A stretch of DNA of 64,000 bases from an uncultured Gammaproteobacteria bacterium (GCA_964592785.1 CAZQHU010000001.1:45687-109686), one strand, 5' to 3'. Shown: positions 1 through 9,581, numbered from the stretch's first letter. A program made the numbers and translations. The notes: generated from the letters alone by a model not told the origin.

Positions 1-422
1 GTCAAGATGAAGTAATTTATAAAAATTTGTTTGGTGCCGGACTTTTGCAAGTTGATAAAGCTGTGGAATATGCCTGGGAACGGCGGATTGATGAAAGTTA
101 TTTGCAGTTATTGGAAAAAGATACGCCTGCCAGCAATACTCTGGTTGTTGATATAAATGACGATGGTAAAGAAGAATCAATTATTGCCAAAGATGGACAA
201 ATAATTATTTATGATTCTTTAGGCAATTTACAAAGGAAATTTTTAGCTTTTGATAATCCAGAAAAATTAAATTTGATTTTAATGGCTTTGGATTTTGATC
301 GTGATGGTAAACAGGATTTGGCAGTCTATGCCCGCGGGAGTAATTTGCCAATAAGAATTTGGAATTATAAAATTAAAAAAATTTGGGAACACCAACCAAA
401 TGTAAGTCAATTTAAAAAATAA
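1..422 (+). CDS. C-terminal fragment of a secreted repeat protein (FG-GAP/VCBS-like Asp-rich repeats); the ORF runs off the window start
   Basis: Repeated DxDxDGxxD-like motifs (DINDDGKEE, DFDRDGKQD); stop at 420-422; the upstream part lies outside the window. Confidence 0.4.
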   Translation, partial: QDEVIYKNLFGAGLLQVDKAVEYAWERRIDESYLQLLEKDTPASNTLVVDINDDGKEESIIAKDGQIIIYDSLGNLQRKFLAFDNPEKLNLILMALDFDRDGKQDLAVYARGSNLPIRIWNYKIKKIWEHQPNVSQFKK

Positions 423-463
423 GGTTTGCACCCCTACTGCTTGTCGTGGTATAATTAAATCCT

Positions 464-1492
464 ATGTTGCAATCAAGGCCGATTTTTGAAAAGAAAAATG
501 TTTTGGTAACCGGTGGTGCCGGGTTTTTGGGCTCGCATCTATGTGAGAGGCTTTTGCGTGAGGCCAAAGTTATTTGTGTGGATGATTTGTCCAATTCTAC
601 TATCCAAAATATTGATCATCTTTTACAATACCCTGATTTTGAGTTTATTAAATTGGATGTAAATAAGCCGATTGATTTGGAGCAGTTTGATGAATTAGAC
701 AAGTTCAAACTCAAATTTCAAGGTATTCAGGAAATATATCATCTAGCTTGTCCGACCAATATTAAAAATTTTACTGATTTAAAATTACATTCTTTGTGGG
801 CCAATTCTGCGGCTATGCTCTATACCTTGGATTTGGCAGTCAAGTACAAAGCCAAATATGTTTTTGCTTCTAGTTCAGTAGTTTACGGACCGAGTACTCC
901 AGCCAAGAAAATTTTTAAAGAAGAAGACAATGGACTTGTTGATCAACTTTCACCACGAGCTTGTTATGATGAGGGCAAGAGATTTGCCGAGACCTGTGTG
1001 GCCACTTACAAACAAGTTTTTGGTGTAGATGCCAAAATCGCCAGAGTTTTTACCACTTATGGACCAAGAATGAAATTGCGTGATGGTCTTTTGATCCCGG
1101 ATTTTATTATTGATGCTCTAGAAGGTAGGGATTTGGTTATTTATGGTGGGGAAGATATGGAGACCTCGCTTTGTTATGTTTTGGATATGGTTGATGGTTT
1201 GATTCGCCTCATGAAGACTGGTCCAGAAGTGGAATTGGTGAATCTTGGTGGTGATGAATTATTTAATATCAGCAAGGTGGCACAAAAAATTATAGAAATG
1301 ACCAATTCCAATTCGCGCATTACTTTTGCGGATCCTCTGTTGTTTTTGACTGCCAAGGGTATGCCGGATTTGGTTCGTGCCAAGGATCAATTATCTTGGT
1401 TACCTTTGGTAAACTTGGAAGACGGTTTACGCAAGACTATTGATTATACCATTGCCAAAAAAGAAATGTTTGAGTTCAATCATAATAAATAA
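464..1492 (+). CDS. NAD-dependent epimerase/dehydratase, UDP-glucuronate decarboxylase (UXS)-like
   Basis: N-terminal VTGGAGFLGSHL Rossmann motif; catalytic YDEGKRFAE (YxxxK); IYHLACP; overall UXS-like order. Confidence 0.8.
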   Translation: MLQSRPIFEKKNVLVTGGAGFLGSHLCERLLREAKVICVDDLSNSTIQNIDHLLQYPDFEFIKLDVNKPIDLEQFDELDKFKLKFQGIQEIYHLACPTNIKNFTDLKLHSLWANSAAMLYTLDLAVKYKAKYVFASSSVVYGPSTPAKKIFKEEDNGLVDQLSPRACYDEGKRFAETCVATYKQVFGVDAKIARVFTTYGPRMKLRDGLLIPDFIIDALEGRDLVIYGGEDMETSLCYVLDMVDGLIRLMKTGPEVELVNLGGDELFNISKVAQKIIEMTNSNSRITFADPLLFLTAKGMPDLVRAKDQLSWLPLVNLEDGLRKTIDYTIAKKEMFEFNHNK

Positions 1493-1494
1493 TT

Positions 1495-2154
1495 ATGTTT
1501 TTGGCTATAGTACCAGCTTTTAATGAAGAAAAAACCATTGGTTCCGTAGTGCGGGACCTTTTTAGTCTTGTAGATCAGGTGGTGGTAGTGGATGATCGTT
1601 CTTCCGATAGGACAGCTCAAGTGGCCAAAGAAAATGGAGCAATTGTTTTACAACATAAAATAAATCGCGGTCAGGGTGCAGCTTTGGAAACTGGGCATGA
1701 ATATGCTCGTCAATCGGAAGCAGATTTTGTATTACATTTTGATGCTGATGGACAGTTTGATCCAAATGATATTTTGCCAGCTTGGGAAAAATTGAAACAA
1801 GAGCAGGCTGATTTACTTTTGGGTTCCAGATTTTTGGATGGGCGTTCTCAATTACCTTGGACTAAAAAGTTTTTATTTTTGCCTTTGGGTCGTTTGATTC
1901 AGCAGCTGTTTTTTGGTATTAAAAATAGTGACGCGCATAATGGTTTTAGAATTTTGAATAAAAAAGCTTTGCAAAAAATAAAAATTACTCAAGACCGAAT
2001 GGCTCATGCCACAGAAATTATTATTTTGGCTCAAAAAAATAATTTAAAAATCATTGAATTTCCTGTTAAAGTAATTTATCATCGCTATGGTCAAGGTTTG
2101 GGTGGTGGCCTCAAAATTTTACAGGATTTGTTCACTGGTAAATTTTTAGATTAG
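1495..2154 (+). CDS. Family 2 glycosyltransferase (DPM1/GtrB-like)
   Basis: LAIVPAFNEEKTIGSVV...VVVDDRSSDRT, typical GT2 DxD-containing N-terminus. Confidence 0.75.
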   Translation: MFLAIVPAFNEEKTIGSVVRDLFSLVDQVVVVDDRSSDRTAQVAKENGAIVLQHKINRGQGAALETGHEYARQSEADFVLHFDADGQFDPNDILPAWEKLKQEQADLLLGSRFLDGRSQLPWTKKFLFLPLGRLIQQLFFGIKNSDAHNGFRILNKKALQKIKITQDRMAHATEIIILAQKNNLKIIEFPVKVIYHRYGQGLGGGLKILQDLFTGKFLD

Positions 2155-2157
2155 GAT

Positions 2158-2745
2158 ATGGAATTAGGAGCTGCACAAAAAATATTTGACCAATTATTTT
2201 CCGAAGTCAATGGTTTTCAACTGTCTTATTCTTTACAAAATTTAGAAAATAATGAAGATATTAGAAATCGAGATTTAACTTATGGCGAGATTGATTTTCA
2301 AGGCTTTTTTAAAATTTTATTAGATGTTCCTGGTATTCAGGAACGAAAGGTCTTTTATGATTTGGGTTCTGGAGTTGGCAAAGCTGTAGTGGCTGCAGCT
2401 TTACTGGGTGCTTTTGAAGAAGTGGTGGGAGTGGAAATTTTGCCAGGTTTGCACCGAGAAGCAGTCAAGGTTTCTGAATTTTTACCCACAGTAAATTCCC
2501 AGATTACTTTTTTACAAAAAAATTTTTTGGAGGTAGATTTAAGTCGGGCTGATCTGGTCTATACTCATTCCACTTGTTTTTCCAAAGATCTAATGTGTGC
2601 TATGGAAAAAACTTTTGAAAGTTTGCCTGCGGGGGCGATTGTCTTGACGGTTTCCCAATCTTTGCCTAAAATGGAGATAATAAAGACAGGTAAATACCCT
2701 TTTAGTTGGGGAGAGGGGACGGTTTATTTTCATTTAAAATCTTAA
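2158..2745 (+). CDS. Putative class I SAM-dependent methyltransferase
   Basis: DLGSGVGKAV glycine-rich motif I followed by an acidic residue (VEIL). Confidence 0.5.
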   Translation: MELGAAQKIFDQLFSEVNGFQLSYSLQNLENNEDIRNRDLTYGEIDFQGFFKILLDVPGIQERKVFYDLGSGVGKAVVAAALLGAFEEVVGVEILPGLHREAVKVSEFLPTVNSQITFLQKNFLEVDLSRADLVYTHSTCFSKDLMCAMEKTFESLPAGAIVLTVSQSLPKMEIIKTGKYPFSWGEGTVYFHLKS

Positions 2746-2755
2746 AACCAAATTC

Positions 2756-2832
2756 CTCCCCCTATAAGGGGGAGGTAGGAGGGGTTTGCCAATTTGTGCA
2801 ACCCCACCCTAACCCTCCCCTTGTAGGGGAGG
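2756..2832. repeat. Pair of GC-rich perfect palindromes (CCTCCCCCTATAAGGGGGAGG and CCCTCCCCTTGTAGGGGAGGG); member of the poly-C/poly-G hairpin repeat family
   Basis: Read directly: two perfect hairpins in an intergenic spacer; related copies at 12698-12790 and 59438-59520. Confidence 0.7.
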
Positions 2833-2844
2833 GAAGAAAAAAAT

Positions 2845-3180
2845 ATGCTTTTAATTTTTCAAATTTTATTTTCATTGTTTGTTTTGACTGCTTTTTTTTC
2901 TGTACTCAAAAAACGTCAAGAAGGATTATTGGGACCCAAAGGATCTTGGTTTTGGTTTTTATTCTGGTTGGTAGCAGGAGTGGCTGTCTGGTGGCCAGAC
3001 AGTACAGTTATTTTGGCCAATGCTTTGGGGATTGGTCGAGGATCTGATTTGGTGTTATATGTGGCAATGATAGTGTTATTTTATTTGGTATTTAAATTAC
3101 ATATAAAATTGGAGAGTGTAGGAAGAGATATTACCAAAGTAGTCAGGGATAAGGCTATCAAAGATATAGAAAAATTATGA
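2845..3180 (+). CDS. Small two-TM membrane protein, DUF2304-like (commonly paired with GT2 genes)
   Basis: Two hydrophobic helices plus a charged C-terminus; lies between GT2 and GT1 genes; 4-bp ATGA overlap with the next gene. Confidence 0.5.
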   Translation: MLLIFQILFSLFVLTAFFSVLKKRQEGLLGPKGSWFWFLFWLVAGVAVWWPDSTVILANALGIGRGSDLVLYVAMIVLFYLVFKLHIKLESVGRDITKVVRDKAIKDIEKL

Positions 3181-4367
3181 AAATAGCTCACATTGTCTGC
3201 ACTTATCCTCCCTACTATGGCGGTATGGGTAATGTTGTTTTCAATTTGGCCAATGAATTATCTACCCTGGGTCATGAAGTGGAAGTTTTGACTCCCGGAT
3301 TTTATGAAAATAAAGAAATTAGAGATCGAGAAGTAGAACCAGTAAAAAATCATGTGCCTGAATTGACTGAACAAATTGATTATGTCACTCGTTTGACTCC
3401 TCGAATTCAATATGGTAATGCCGCTTATTTGCCTCAAATTCAAAATGAGTTGGATCGTTTTGATTTAGTTCATTTACATTATCCTTTTTTTGGTACAGCC
3501 AATTTGGTGCGACGTTGGAAAAAAAAGCATCCAGAAAAACCCTTGGTGATTACTTACCACATGGATACTCGTTCACCTGGTTGGAAAGGATTATTTTTTA
3601 AATATTATGCCAAATTTTGGCTACCAAAAATTTTATCCACCGCTGACAAATTATTGGTAAGTTCTTTTGATTATTTGGAAAATTCTGATGCCGCCGAACT
3701 TTTTGCTCGCACTCGAGCCAAATGGGAAGAATTGCCACTCGGGGTAGATACGGAAAGATTTTTTCCTGCTGATCCTTTGGTTGAATTGGTTAGAGAAATA
3801 AATTTAGATTTACAATTACCAACAGTTTTGTTTGTAGGTGGTATGGATGCGGCGCACTATTTCAAAGGAGTAAATATTCTTTTACAAGCTTTGTATATTT
3901 TGAAAAGGAATAATACCCCAGTTCAAGCAGTATTAGTAGGAGAAGGGGAATTGCGCACAGTTTTTGAAGAAAGATCGAGATTGATGGGTTTGACAGATTT
4001 GGTGCATTTCGTGGGTAAGGTGAGTGAAGAAAAATTGCCGGAGTATTATCATTTGGCCAATTTGTTGGTTTTGCCTTCACTCAATCGTGGTGAGGCCTTT
4101 GGCATGGTGATCTTGGAGGCCTTTGCTTCGGGTGTGCCCGTGGTAGCTAGCGATTTGCCGGGTGTGCGAGCAGTGGCGGGTTCTGGTGGAGTTCTGGTGC
4201 CTGCCGGTAAGCCAGAAGAATTGGCGGAAGCGATTTATGGTTATTTTGATGATTTGGATTTAGTAAGAACTATGCCAGAGAAAGTGCGGCTTTTATCAGA
4301 AGAAGTTTATGCTTGGCCCCGTATTGCCAAAAAATTGGATAATATTTATCAACAGCTTGCGCAATAG
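3177..4367 (+). CDS. Family 1 (GT4-type) glycosyltransferase
   Basis: C-terminal EAFGMVILEA (E-x7-E) motif and GT-B architecture. Confidence 0.8.
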   Translation: MKIAHIVCTYPPYYGGMGNVVFNLANELSTLGHEVEVLTPGFYENKEIRDREVEPVKNHVPELTEQIDYVTRLTPRIQYGNAAYLPQIQNELDRFDLVHLHYPFFGTANLVRRWKKKHPEKPLVITYHMDTRSPGWKGLFFKYYAKFWLPKILSTADKLLVSSFDYLENSDAAELFARTRAKWEELPLGVDTERFFPADPLVELVREINLDLQLPTVLFVGGMDAAHYFKGVNILLQALYILKRNNTPVQAVLVGEGELRTVFEERSRLMGLTDLVHFVGKVSEEKLPEYYHLANLLVLPSLNRGEAFGMVILEAFASGVPVVASDLPGVRAVAGSGGVLVPAGKPEELAEAIYGYFDDLDLVRTMPEKVRLLSEEVYAWPRIAKKLDNIYQQLAQ

Positions 4368-4432
4368 ATGCCAATTTGGTATTATATCAAAAGTTAAATT
4401 TTTAATTTTTAAAATTAGTTTAATTAATCTCT

Positions 4433-5185
4433 ATGGAAGAAAACAAAAAAAGTTTTTTTGAAAATCTTTCCAAAGCACAAGCTTTTGTCTTTGGAATAGT
4501 AGGGGCTTTTTTGGTGCTTTGTACCATTGGCTTTTTTATTTTGTTGGGGATAATATTTGGTGGTAATGCCAAATCTTCCGGTTCTGAAAGTTTGGTTGAA
4601 GCCAGCGGTAATGCTAAAAAATTTAATCAATGCTTGGATGAGGGAAAATATGCTAGCATCGTAACTTCAGATATGAATTTGGGTACTAGTTTGGGAGTTC
4701 AGGGTACACCGGCTACTTTTATCAATGGTTATCTTATTTCCGGGGCTTTTCCTTATACTATCGTCAAACAAGTTTTGGATGATGTTTTGGCTGGTAAAGA
4801 TCCAACCAAAAGCTGGGATACTGCTAACTATGGCGAACTTACTAAAGTCAACATGCCAGAACTTGAAGACGTTCTCTGGTATGGTAATGACAAGGCCAAA
4901 GTTTCTATAGTGGAATTCAGTGATTTTGAATGCCCGTATTGTAATCGCTTTTATGATACTATGGAACAGATTTTATCTGAATATAAAGATAAAATAAGAT
5001 TTACTTATCGTCATTTTCCATTATCATTCCATCCACAAGCACAAAAAGCAGCAGAAGCTTTTGAATGCGCCAAAGAGCAAGGCAAAGCTTGGGAAATGTA
5101 TGATGCTCTATTTGATCAAGCCAAAGCTAGCACTTTGAGTGTAAACAATTTCAAGAAGGCAGCTGATGAGATTGGGTTGAAGTGA
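4433..5185 (+). CDS. Membrane-anchored DsbA-like thiol:disulfide oxidoreductase
   Basis: N-terminal TM helix; thioredoxin-fold CPYC active site (FECPYCNRF). Confidence 0.7.
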   Translation: MEENKKSFFENLSKAQAFVFGIVGAFLVLCTIGFFILLGIIFGGNAKSSGSESLVEASGNAKKFNQCLDEGKYASIVTSDMNLGTSLGVQGTPATFINGYLISGAFPYTIVKQVLDDVLAGKDPTKSWDTANYGELTKVNMPELEDVLWYGNDKAKVSIVEFSDFECPYCNRFYDTMEQILSEYKDKIRFTYRHFPLSFHPQAQKAAEAFECAKEQGKAWEMYDALFDQAKASTLSVNNFKKAADEIGLK

Positions 5186-5189
5186 GGAA

Positions 5190-5600
5190 ACAGGAATTGT
5201 GAATCAAGGAATAAGGAGAATAAAAAGTTTTACTGATTTGGATGCATGGAAAGAAGGACATAAATTGGTTTTGGAAATATATAGGACTACTAAAAATTTT
5301 CCTAAAGAAGAAATTTTTGTGTTGACAAATCAAATGAGACGTTGTGTCGTGTCAATTACTTCAAATATAGCCGAAGGTTTTAGTAGACAGTCTTATAAGG
5401 AAAAAATACAGTTTTATTCAATATCCTTAGGATCAATTACTGAGTTACAGAACCAACTTTTGATAGCTAGAGATATCAGTTATATTAATGAAGAGTCTTT
5501 TCAAGAAATTGCTCAGCAAGCGGTTAAAGTACATAAAATTACTAATGGATTGATTAAAGCTTCAAAAACCATTATTCATAATTCCTAATTCTTAATTCAT
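5190..5600. mobile_element. Small cassette with imperfect terminal inverted repeats (GGAATTGTGAAT / ATTCATAATTCC) carrying a four-helix-bundle protein gene
   Basis: IR arms at about 5192-5209 and 5572-5600; the AGGAATAA-rich subterminal motif recurs at 45443-45472. Confidence 0.45.
5199..5588 (+). CDS. Four-helix-bundle protein (TIGR02436; the family also found in 23S rRNA intervening sequences)
   Basis: Characteristic RRCVVSITSNIAEGFSR and FYSISLGSITELQNQL motifs. Confidence 0.75.
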   Translation: MNQGIRRIKSFTDLDAWKEGHKLVLEIYRTTKNFPKEEIFVLTNQMRRCVVSITSNIAEGFSRQSYKEKIQFYSISLGSITELQNQLLIARDISYINEESFQEIAQQAVKVHKITNGLIKASKTIIHNS

Positions 5601-5608
5601 CAAATGCT

Positions 5609-5923
5609 ATGGGTAAGTTTAAAAAAGGCCTTTTTCTCGGTGGTCTTTTGGGAGCAGGACTTATGTGGCTCTCTACCACCAAGAAAGGTAAAGAAGTACG
5701 TGAACAAATGTTGGATCATGCCGCTGAAATTTATGTAAAGTTAAAAGAAGAAGTAATTAATTCTCCACAATACACAGATTTAACCAAGAATAAATATGTG
5801 CAATTAGTGAGAGAATATGTGGATAAATATGCCATTCAAAATGGGCTGGCTGAGAATGTGAAGAATATGGTGGTGAAAGTTTTGAACGCCCAATGGGATA
5901 AATTGAGAGAAGAAATAAAGTAA
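5609..5923 (+). CDS. YtxH-like membrane-anchored protein
   Basis: GLFLGGLLGAGLMWLSTTKKGKEVRE N-terminus followed by a coiled coil. Confidence 0.45.
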   Translation: MGKFKKGLFLGGLLGAGLMWLSTTKKGKEVREQMLDHAAEIYVKLKEEVINSPQYTDLTKNKYVQLVREYVDKYAIQNGLAENVKNMVVKVLNAQWDKLREEIK

Positions 5924-5929
5924 GTAAAA

Positions 5930-6030
5930 ACCCCCCAGGCTTCGCCCTTCGGGCTACGCCTGGCAAGCTAATATTATTATTAACATATCATACTAGCTTG
6001 CCAGGCGTAACGAAGTGAAGCCTGGGGGTT
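5930..6030. repeat. Long imperfect hairpin (about 40-bp arms) built from two inverted copies of the GGCTTC..ACGCCNGGCAAGCTA repeat; probable bidirectional terminator
   Basis: Arms CCCCCAGGCTTC...TACGCCTGGCAAGCTA / TAGCTTGCCAGGCGTA...GAAGCCTGGGGG with an AT-rich loop; flanked by A and T runs. Confidence 0.6.
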
Positions 6031-6035
6031 TTTAT

Positions 6036-6111
6036 TGGTCGGGCTAGGCAGACTTGAACTGCCGACCTCATCGTCCCGAACGATGCGCGCTACCAACTGC
6101 GCTATAGCCCG
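6036..6111 (-). tRNA. tRNA-Pro (anticodon CGG), CCA encoded
   Basis: Hand-folded cloverleaf: acceptor CGGGCUA/UAGCCCG, D-arm GCGC-AGUUGGUA-GCGC, anticodon stem CAUCG/CGAUG with loop UUCGGGA, T-arm GGCAG-UUCAAGU-CUGCC, discriminator A plus CCA. Confidence 0.85.
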
Positions 6112-6209
6112 AGGTTAGCAGATAATGTACTCCTATTTAGAAGAAAAATCAAGCATTGAGCTTGATTTTTAAATGTGGTAAAATATAGAGGTAAATTTTA
6201 AGAAAAATT

Positions 6210-7244
6210 ATGAAAACATTGAAATCATATTTTGAGGAGGCCATAAAAAATCAAGCTTCAGATTTGCATCTGGTGGCAGGTGAAAAACCCATGTTGCGTG
6301 TGCATGGTGAATTACAAGATATTGAAGATAAAACACTTCCCAATAAAGAATTGGAGGCGGCCATTTTGGGACTTTTGACAGCTGAACAAAAAAAGCGTTT
6401 TACAGAAGAATTGGAATTGGATTTTGGTTATGAATACGATGGAGTAAGGTTTAGAGTAAATTTACATCAACAAGAAGGACAAATTGGTTTGTCAGCCCGT
6501 TTGATTCCTGAAACTATACCCACACCAGAAGAATTGCGTTTTGAACCAACACTTTTAAACTTTACCAAATTGATGGATGGGTTGGTCTTGGTGGTGGGTC
6601 CCACTGGCCATGGTAAATCTACCACTTTGGCCAGTATGATAGAAGAGATAAATAAAAGCAGGAAAACTCATATTATTACGGTGGAAGATCCAATTGAATT
6701 TATTTTTGAAGATAAAGAAAGTCTTATTGAACAGCGAGAAATAGGTGTGGATACCAAATCTTTTGCCAATGCTTTGAAACATGTTTTGCGCCAGGACCCC
6801 AATGTAATTTTAGTAGGGGAAATGAGAGATCCAGAAACAATTGCCACTGTTTTGACTGCGGCAGAGACAGGACACTTGGTTTTTTCCACTCTTCACACTT
6901 CTAGTGCGGCTGAAGCAGTAGAACGTATAGTAGATGTTTTTGAAGGTTCCAAACAAAAACAGATTCTAATTCAGTTATCTTCAGTATTGAGGGGGATAGT
7001 GGCTCAGCAGTTATTACCAGGCAAAGATGGCAAAAGAGTAGCTGCTAGAGAAATTTTGATAAACACGCCGGCTGCTGCAAATCTTATTCGTGAGAATAAT
7101 ATCGCCCAGATTTCCAGCGCTATACAAACCGGGGCAAAAGATGGAATGGTCAGTATGGAAAATTCTTTAAAAGCATTGGTAAAAGAAGGTCTTATTGAAG
7201 AAGAAGTGGCTGAAAGAAGAACTGGTAGACAAAAAAGAATTTAA
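6210..7244 (+). CDS. pilT: Type IV pilus retraction ATPase PilT
   Basis: Walker A GPTGHGKSTT; DPIEF; GEMRD; TGHLVFSTLHT; collinear with PilT along its whole length. Confidence 0.85.
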   Translation: MKTLKSYFEEAIKNQASDLHLVAGEKPMLRVHGELQDIEDKTLPNKELEAAILGLLTAEQKKRFTEELELDFGYEYDGVRFRVNLHQQEGQIGLSARLIPETIPTPEELRFEPTLLNFTKLMDGLVLVVGPTGHGKSTTLASMIEEINKSRKTHIITVEDPIEFIFEDKESLIEQREIGVDTKSFANALKHVLRQDPNVILVGEMRDPETIATVLTAAETGHLVFSTLHTSSAAEAVERIVDVFEGSKQKQILIQLSSVLRGIVAQQLLPGKDGKRVAAREILINTPAAANLIRENNIAQISSAIQTGAKDGMVSMENSLKALVKEGLIEEEVAERRTGRQKRI

Positions 7245-9030
7245 TTTACTTGTGTCTTATTTGAGAGCAAAAAATGGTGACAAATTTAAACCGATAGGCC
7301 ATGATCCTCGTTTACGGCTGTTTTTGTTAATCTTTTTTTTGTTGACCGTCATCATTTGTGGTAGATTGGTGATTTTAATGTTTTTTCAACATGATTTTTA
7401 TTTAGCCATGGCAGCAGGAAACCATGATTTTTATGATTTACTTCATCCCAAACGTGGAGAGGTATTTGTTCAGGATACTCGTACTGGTGAAGAATTTCCT
7501 TTGGCTATGAATAAAGATTATTTTTTACTTTATGCTGACACCAGGGCGATTGAGAATGATGAAACTGCTGAAAAAACAGCAGAAAAGTTATCAGAAATTT
7601 TGCAATATGATGATGAAAAAAAATTGACGCTTTATTTACAACTTAATAAGCGGACAGATCCTTATGAACCAATTGAAAATAAATTGGAGCAAGATTTAGT
7701 AGATAAAATTAAGGAATTATCTTTACCAGGTATAAATTTTATTCGTCAATCTCATCGCTATTACCCCGAAGACGAGTTGGCATCTTCAGTTATCGGTTTT
7801 TTGGGAAAGGATGAACAAGGTAATGACATTGGCCGATATGGTGTAGAAGGTTACTGGCAAAAAGAATTGGCCGGTAAAGGTGGTTTTTTGGCTGGAGCCA
7901 AGACCGCTGGTGGCGGTTTGGTGGCTTTGTCGGATTGGTCTATTGATAAGGCTGAAAATGGTGCCGATCTGGTGCTTACGATTGATAGAACTTTGCAATA
8001 TAAAGCTTGTGAAATTTTACGACAAGGAAAAGAAAAGTTTGGGGCTGTTTCTGCTTCTTTGGTAATGCTCAATCCGCAGACTGGTGCGATTTTGGCTATG
8101 TGTTCTTTGCCGGATTTTGATCCTAATAATTATGGTTTTGTTTCTTCAACTGCTAATTATAATAATAGTACAATTTTTACTCCTTATGAACCAGGTTCGG
8201 TTTTCAAGCCAATTACCATGGTGGCAGCGCTTAATGAAGAACTGATTAAACCAACAACTACTTTTGTGGATACAGGGGAAAGAGCCGGCATTTGTCATAA
8301 GCCAATTAAAAACGCGGCAGGTAAAATTTATGGTTCGCAAGATATGAACGGAGTTTTGGAAAATTCTATCAATACCGGGATGGTTTTTGTGGCAGAAAAA
8401 TTGGGAAAGAAAAAATTTGTGGAATATGTGGAAAATTTTGGTTTTGGGGTAAGGGAGGGGATAGAATTGGACACAGAAGTTACTGGTAATATCAGTACGC
8501 TTTATGAAAAAAAGGGTGACAATATAGATTGTTACGCAGCTACTGCTTCTTTTGGGCAAGGTATTACAGCCACACCTTTGCAATTGGCTATGGCTTATGG
8601 AGCGATTGCCAATGGTGGTAAATTACTAAAACCTTATATTGTAGAAGAGATTCGTTATAGTAGTGGTAAAATAGAAAAAATTAAACCCCAGGAAATCAGA
8701 CAAATTTTGGATAATAGATCAACTGTTTTATTGCGAGCTATGCTCGTGAATGTAGTAGATCATGGTCATGCCAAATTGGCCGGAGTTAAAGGTTATTATA
8801 TTGGTGGTAAAACTGGTACAGCTCAAATCCCTGGTCTAGGCGGTTATAGTTTAGATACCAACCACAGTTTTGTTGGTATAGCGCCGATTGATGATCCAAA
8901 ATTTGTGATGGTGGTCAAGTTTGAAAAACCGCAGATGGAGTGGGCTGAATCTACAGCTAGCCCGGTATTTGGTGAGATTGCCAAATTTGCTTTGCAATAT
9001 TATAAAATACCCCCAAGCCGTGAGGATTGA
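7195..9030 (+). CDS. Penicillin-binding protein 2 / FtsI-type transpeptidase. The annotated start overlaps pilT by 50 nt; a GTG at 7252 is an alternative start
   Basis: N-terminal TM helix; SVFKP (SxxK), SIN (SxN), KTGT motifs. Confidence 0.8.
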   Translation: MKKKWLKEELVDKKEFNLLVSYLRAKNGDKFKPIGHDPRLRLFLLIFFLLTVIICGRLVILMFFQHDFYLAMAAGNHDFYDLLHPKRGEVFVQDTRTGEEFPLAMNKDYFLLYADTRAIENDETAEKTAEKLSEILQYDDEKKLTLYLQLNKRTDPYEPIENKLEQDLVDKIKELSLPGINFIRQSHRYYPEDELASSVIGFLGKDEQGNDIGRYGVEGYWQKELAGKGGFLAGAKTAGGGLVALSDWSIDKAENGADLVLTIDRTLQYKACEILRQGKEKFGAVSASLVMLNPQTGAILAMCSLPDFDPNNYGFVSSTANYNNSTIFTPYEPGSVFKPITMVAALNEELIKPTTTFVDTGERAGICHKPIKNAAGKIYGSQDMNGVLENSINTGMVFVAEKLGKKKFVEYVENFGFGVREGIELDTEVTGNISTLYEKKGDNIDCYAATASFGQGITATPLQLAMAYGAIANGGKLLKPYIVEEIRYSSGKIEKIKPQEIRQILDNRSTVLLRAMLVNVVDHGHAKLAGVKGYYIGGKTGTAQIPGLGGYSLDTNHSFVGIAPIDDPKFVMVVKFEKPQMEWAESTASPVFGEIAKFALQYYKIPPSRED

Positions 9031-9039
9031 CAAAATAAT

Positions 9040-9256
9040 ATTTTTATAATATAATTTTTACACTTTGGTTGTCGTTTCCGGCTTCACTAACGTTACGCCG
9101 GGCAAGTCAATTATTTAAGGCCCGTTCGTCCCACCTCCGCTAAAGCTACGGCGGGCAGGCTAGTGGCTAGTCCCGATTTTGGCTTCGCGATCAAAATCGA
9201 AGATCCTCGATTCAGCTCGGAGCCGAATCGGGAGACACATGGTTCCCCGCCTGCAT
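9040..9256. repeat. Array of degenerate copies of the CTTCACTAACGTTACGCCGGGCAAGCTA-type hairpin repeat (family 2) preceding tRNA-Glu
   Basis: Units at about 9058-9095 and 9120-9160 plus small extra hairpins; the six-frame ORF 9163..9420 is an artefact across these repeats and the tRNA. Confidence 0.6.
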
Positions 9257-9328
9257 GCCGTCATCGTCTAATGGTTAGGACGCCAGGTTCTCATCCTGGT
9301 AATCGGGGTTCGATTCCCCGTGGCGGTA
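9257..9328 (+). tRNA. tRNA-Glu (anticodon CUC)
   Basis: Acceptor GCCGUCA/UGGCGGU; D-arm GUCU-AAUGGUUA-GGAC; anticodon stem CCAGG/CCUGG with loop UUCUCAU; T-arm CGGGG-UUCGAUU-CCCCG; 4-nt variable loop; no encoded CCA. Confidence 0.8.
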
Positions 9329-9329
9329 C

Positions 9330-9470
9330 AAGAATTACGGCGGGCAGGTCATCCATGCAACAAGGGTTCAATTTCCTTACGGGCTACCAGACTTCGTTAA
9401 AGCTTCGCCTGACAAGCTAGAACTATTATCTTAATAGATTTAGCTTGTCCGGCGTAGTCCGCTAGGACGT
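9330..9470. repeat. Family-2 repeat copies, including an inverted pair forming a hairpin (GCCTGACAAGCTAG...TAGCTTGTCCGGCG) between two tRNAs
   Basis: Same unit as at 5930-6030 and 9040-9160. Confidence 0.6.
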
Positions 9471-9476
9471 AGACGG

Positions 9477-9550
9477 GTCAGAGTAGCTCAGTCGGTTAGA
9501 GCGTAGCATTCATAACGCTAAGGTCGAGAGTTCGATCCTCTCCTCTGACA
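9477..9550 (+). tRNA. tRNA with CAU anticodon (elongator Met, or Ile2 if lysidinylated)
   Basis: Acceptor GUCAGAG/CUCUGAC (G1-C72, so not an initiator); D-arm GCUC-AGUCGGUUA-GAGC; anticodon loop UUCAUAA; T-arm GAGAG-UUCGAUC-CUCUC; A31/C39 mismatch noted. Confidence 0.75.
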
Positions 9551-9581
9551 CAAAACCCTGCATTTATATGCAGGGTTTGTT
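9551..9581 (+). terminator. Rho-independent terminator after the tRNA cluster
   Basis: AAAACCCTGCATTTATATGCAGGGTTTGTT hairpin plus T tract. Confidence 0.7.

Noticed and set aside
9163-9420. ORF 9163..9420 (85 aa) and ORF 2706..3047 (113 aa)
   Set aside because: They read straight through tRNA-Glu and the family-2 / GC-hairpin repeat arrays. These are artefacts of repeat sequence.
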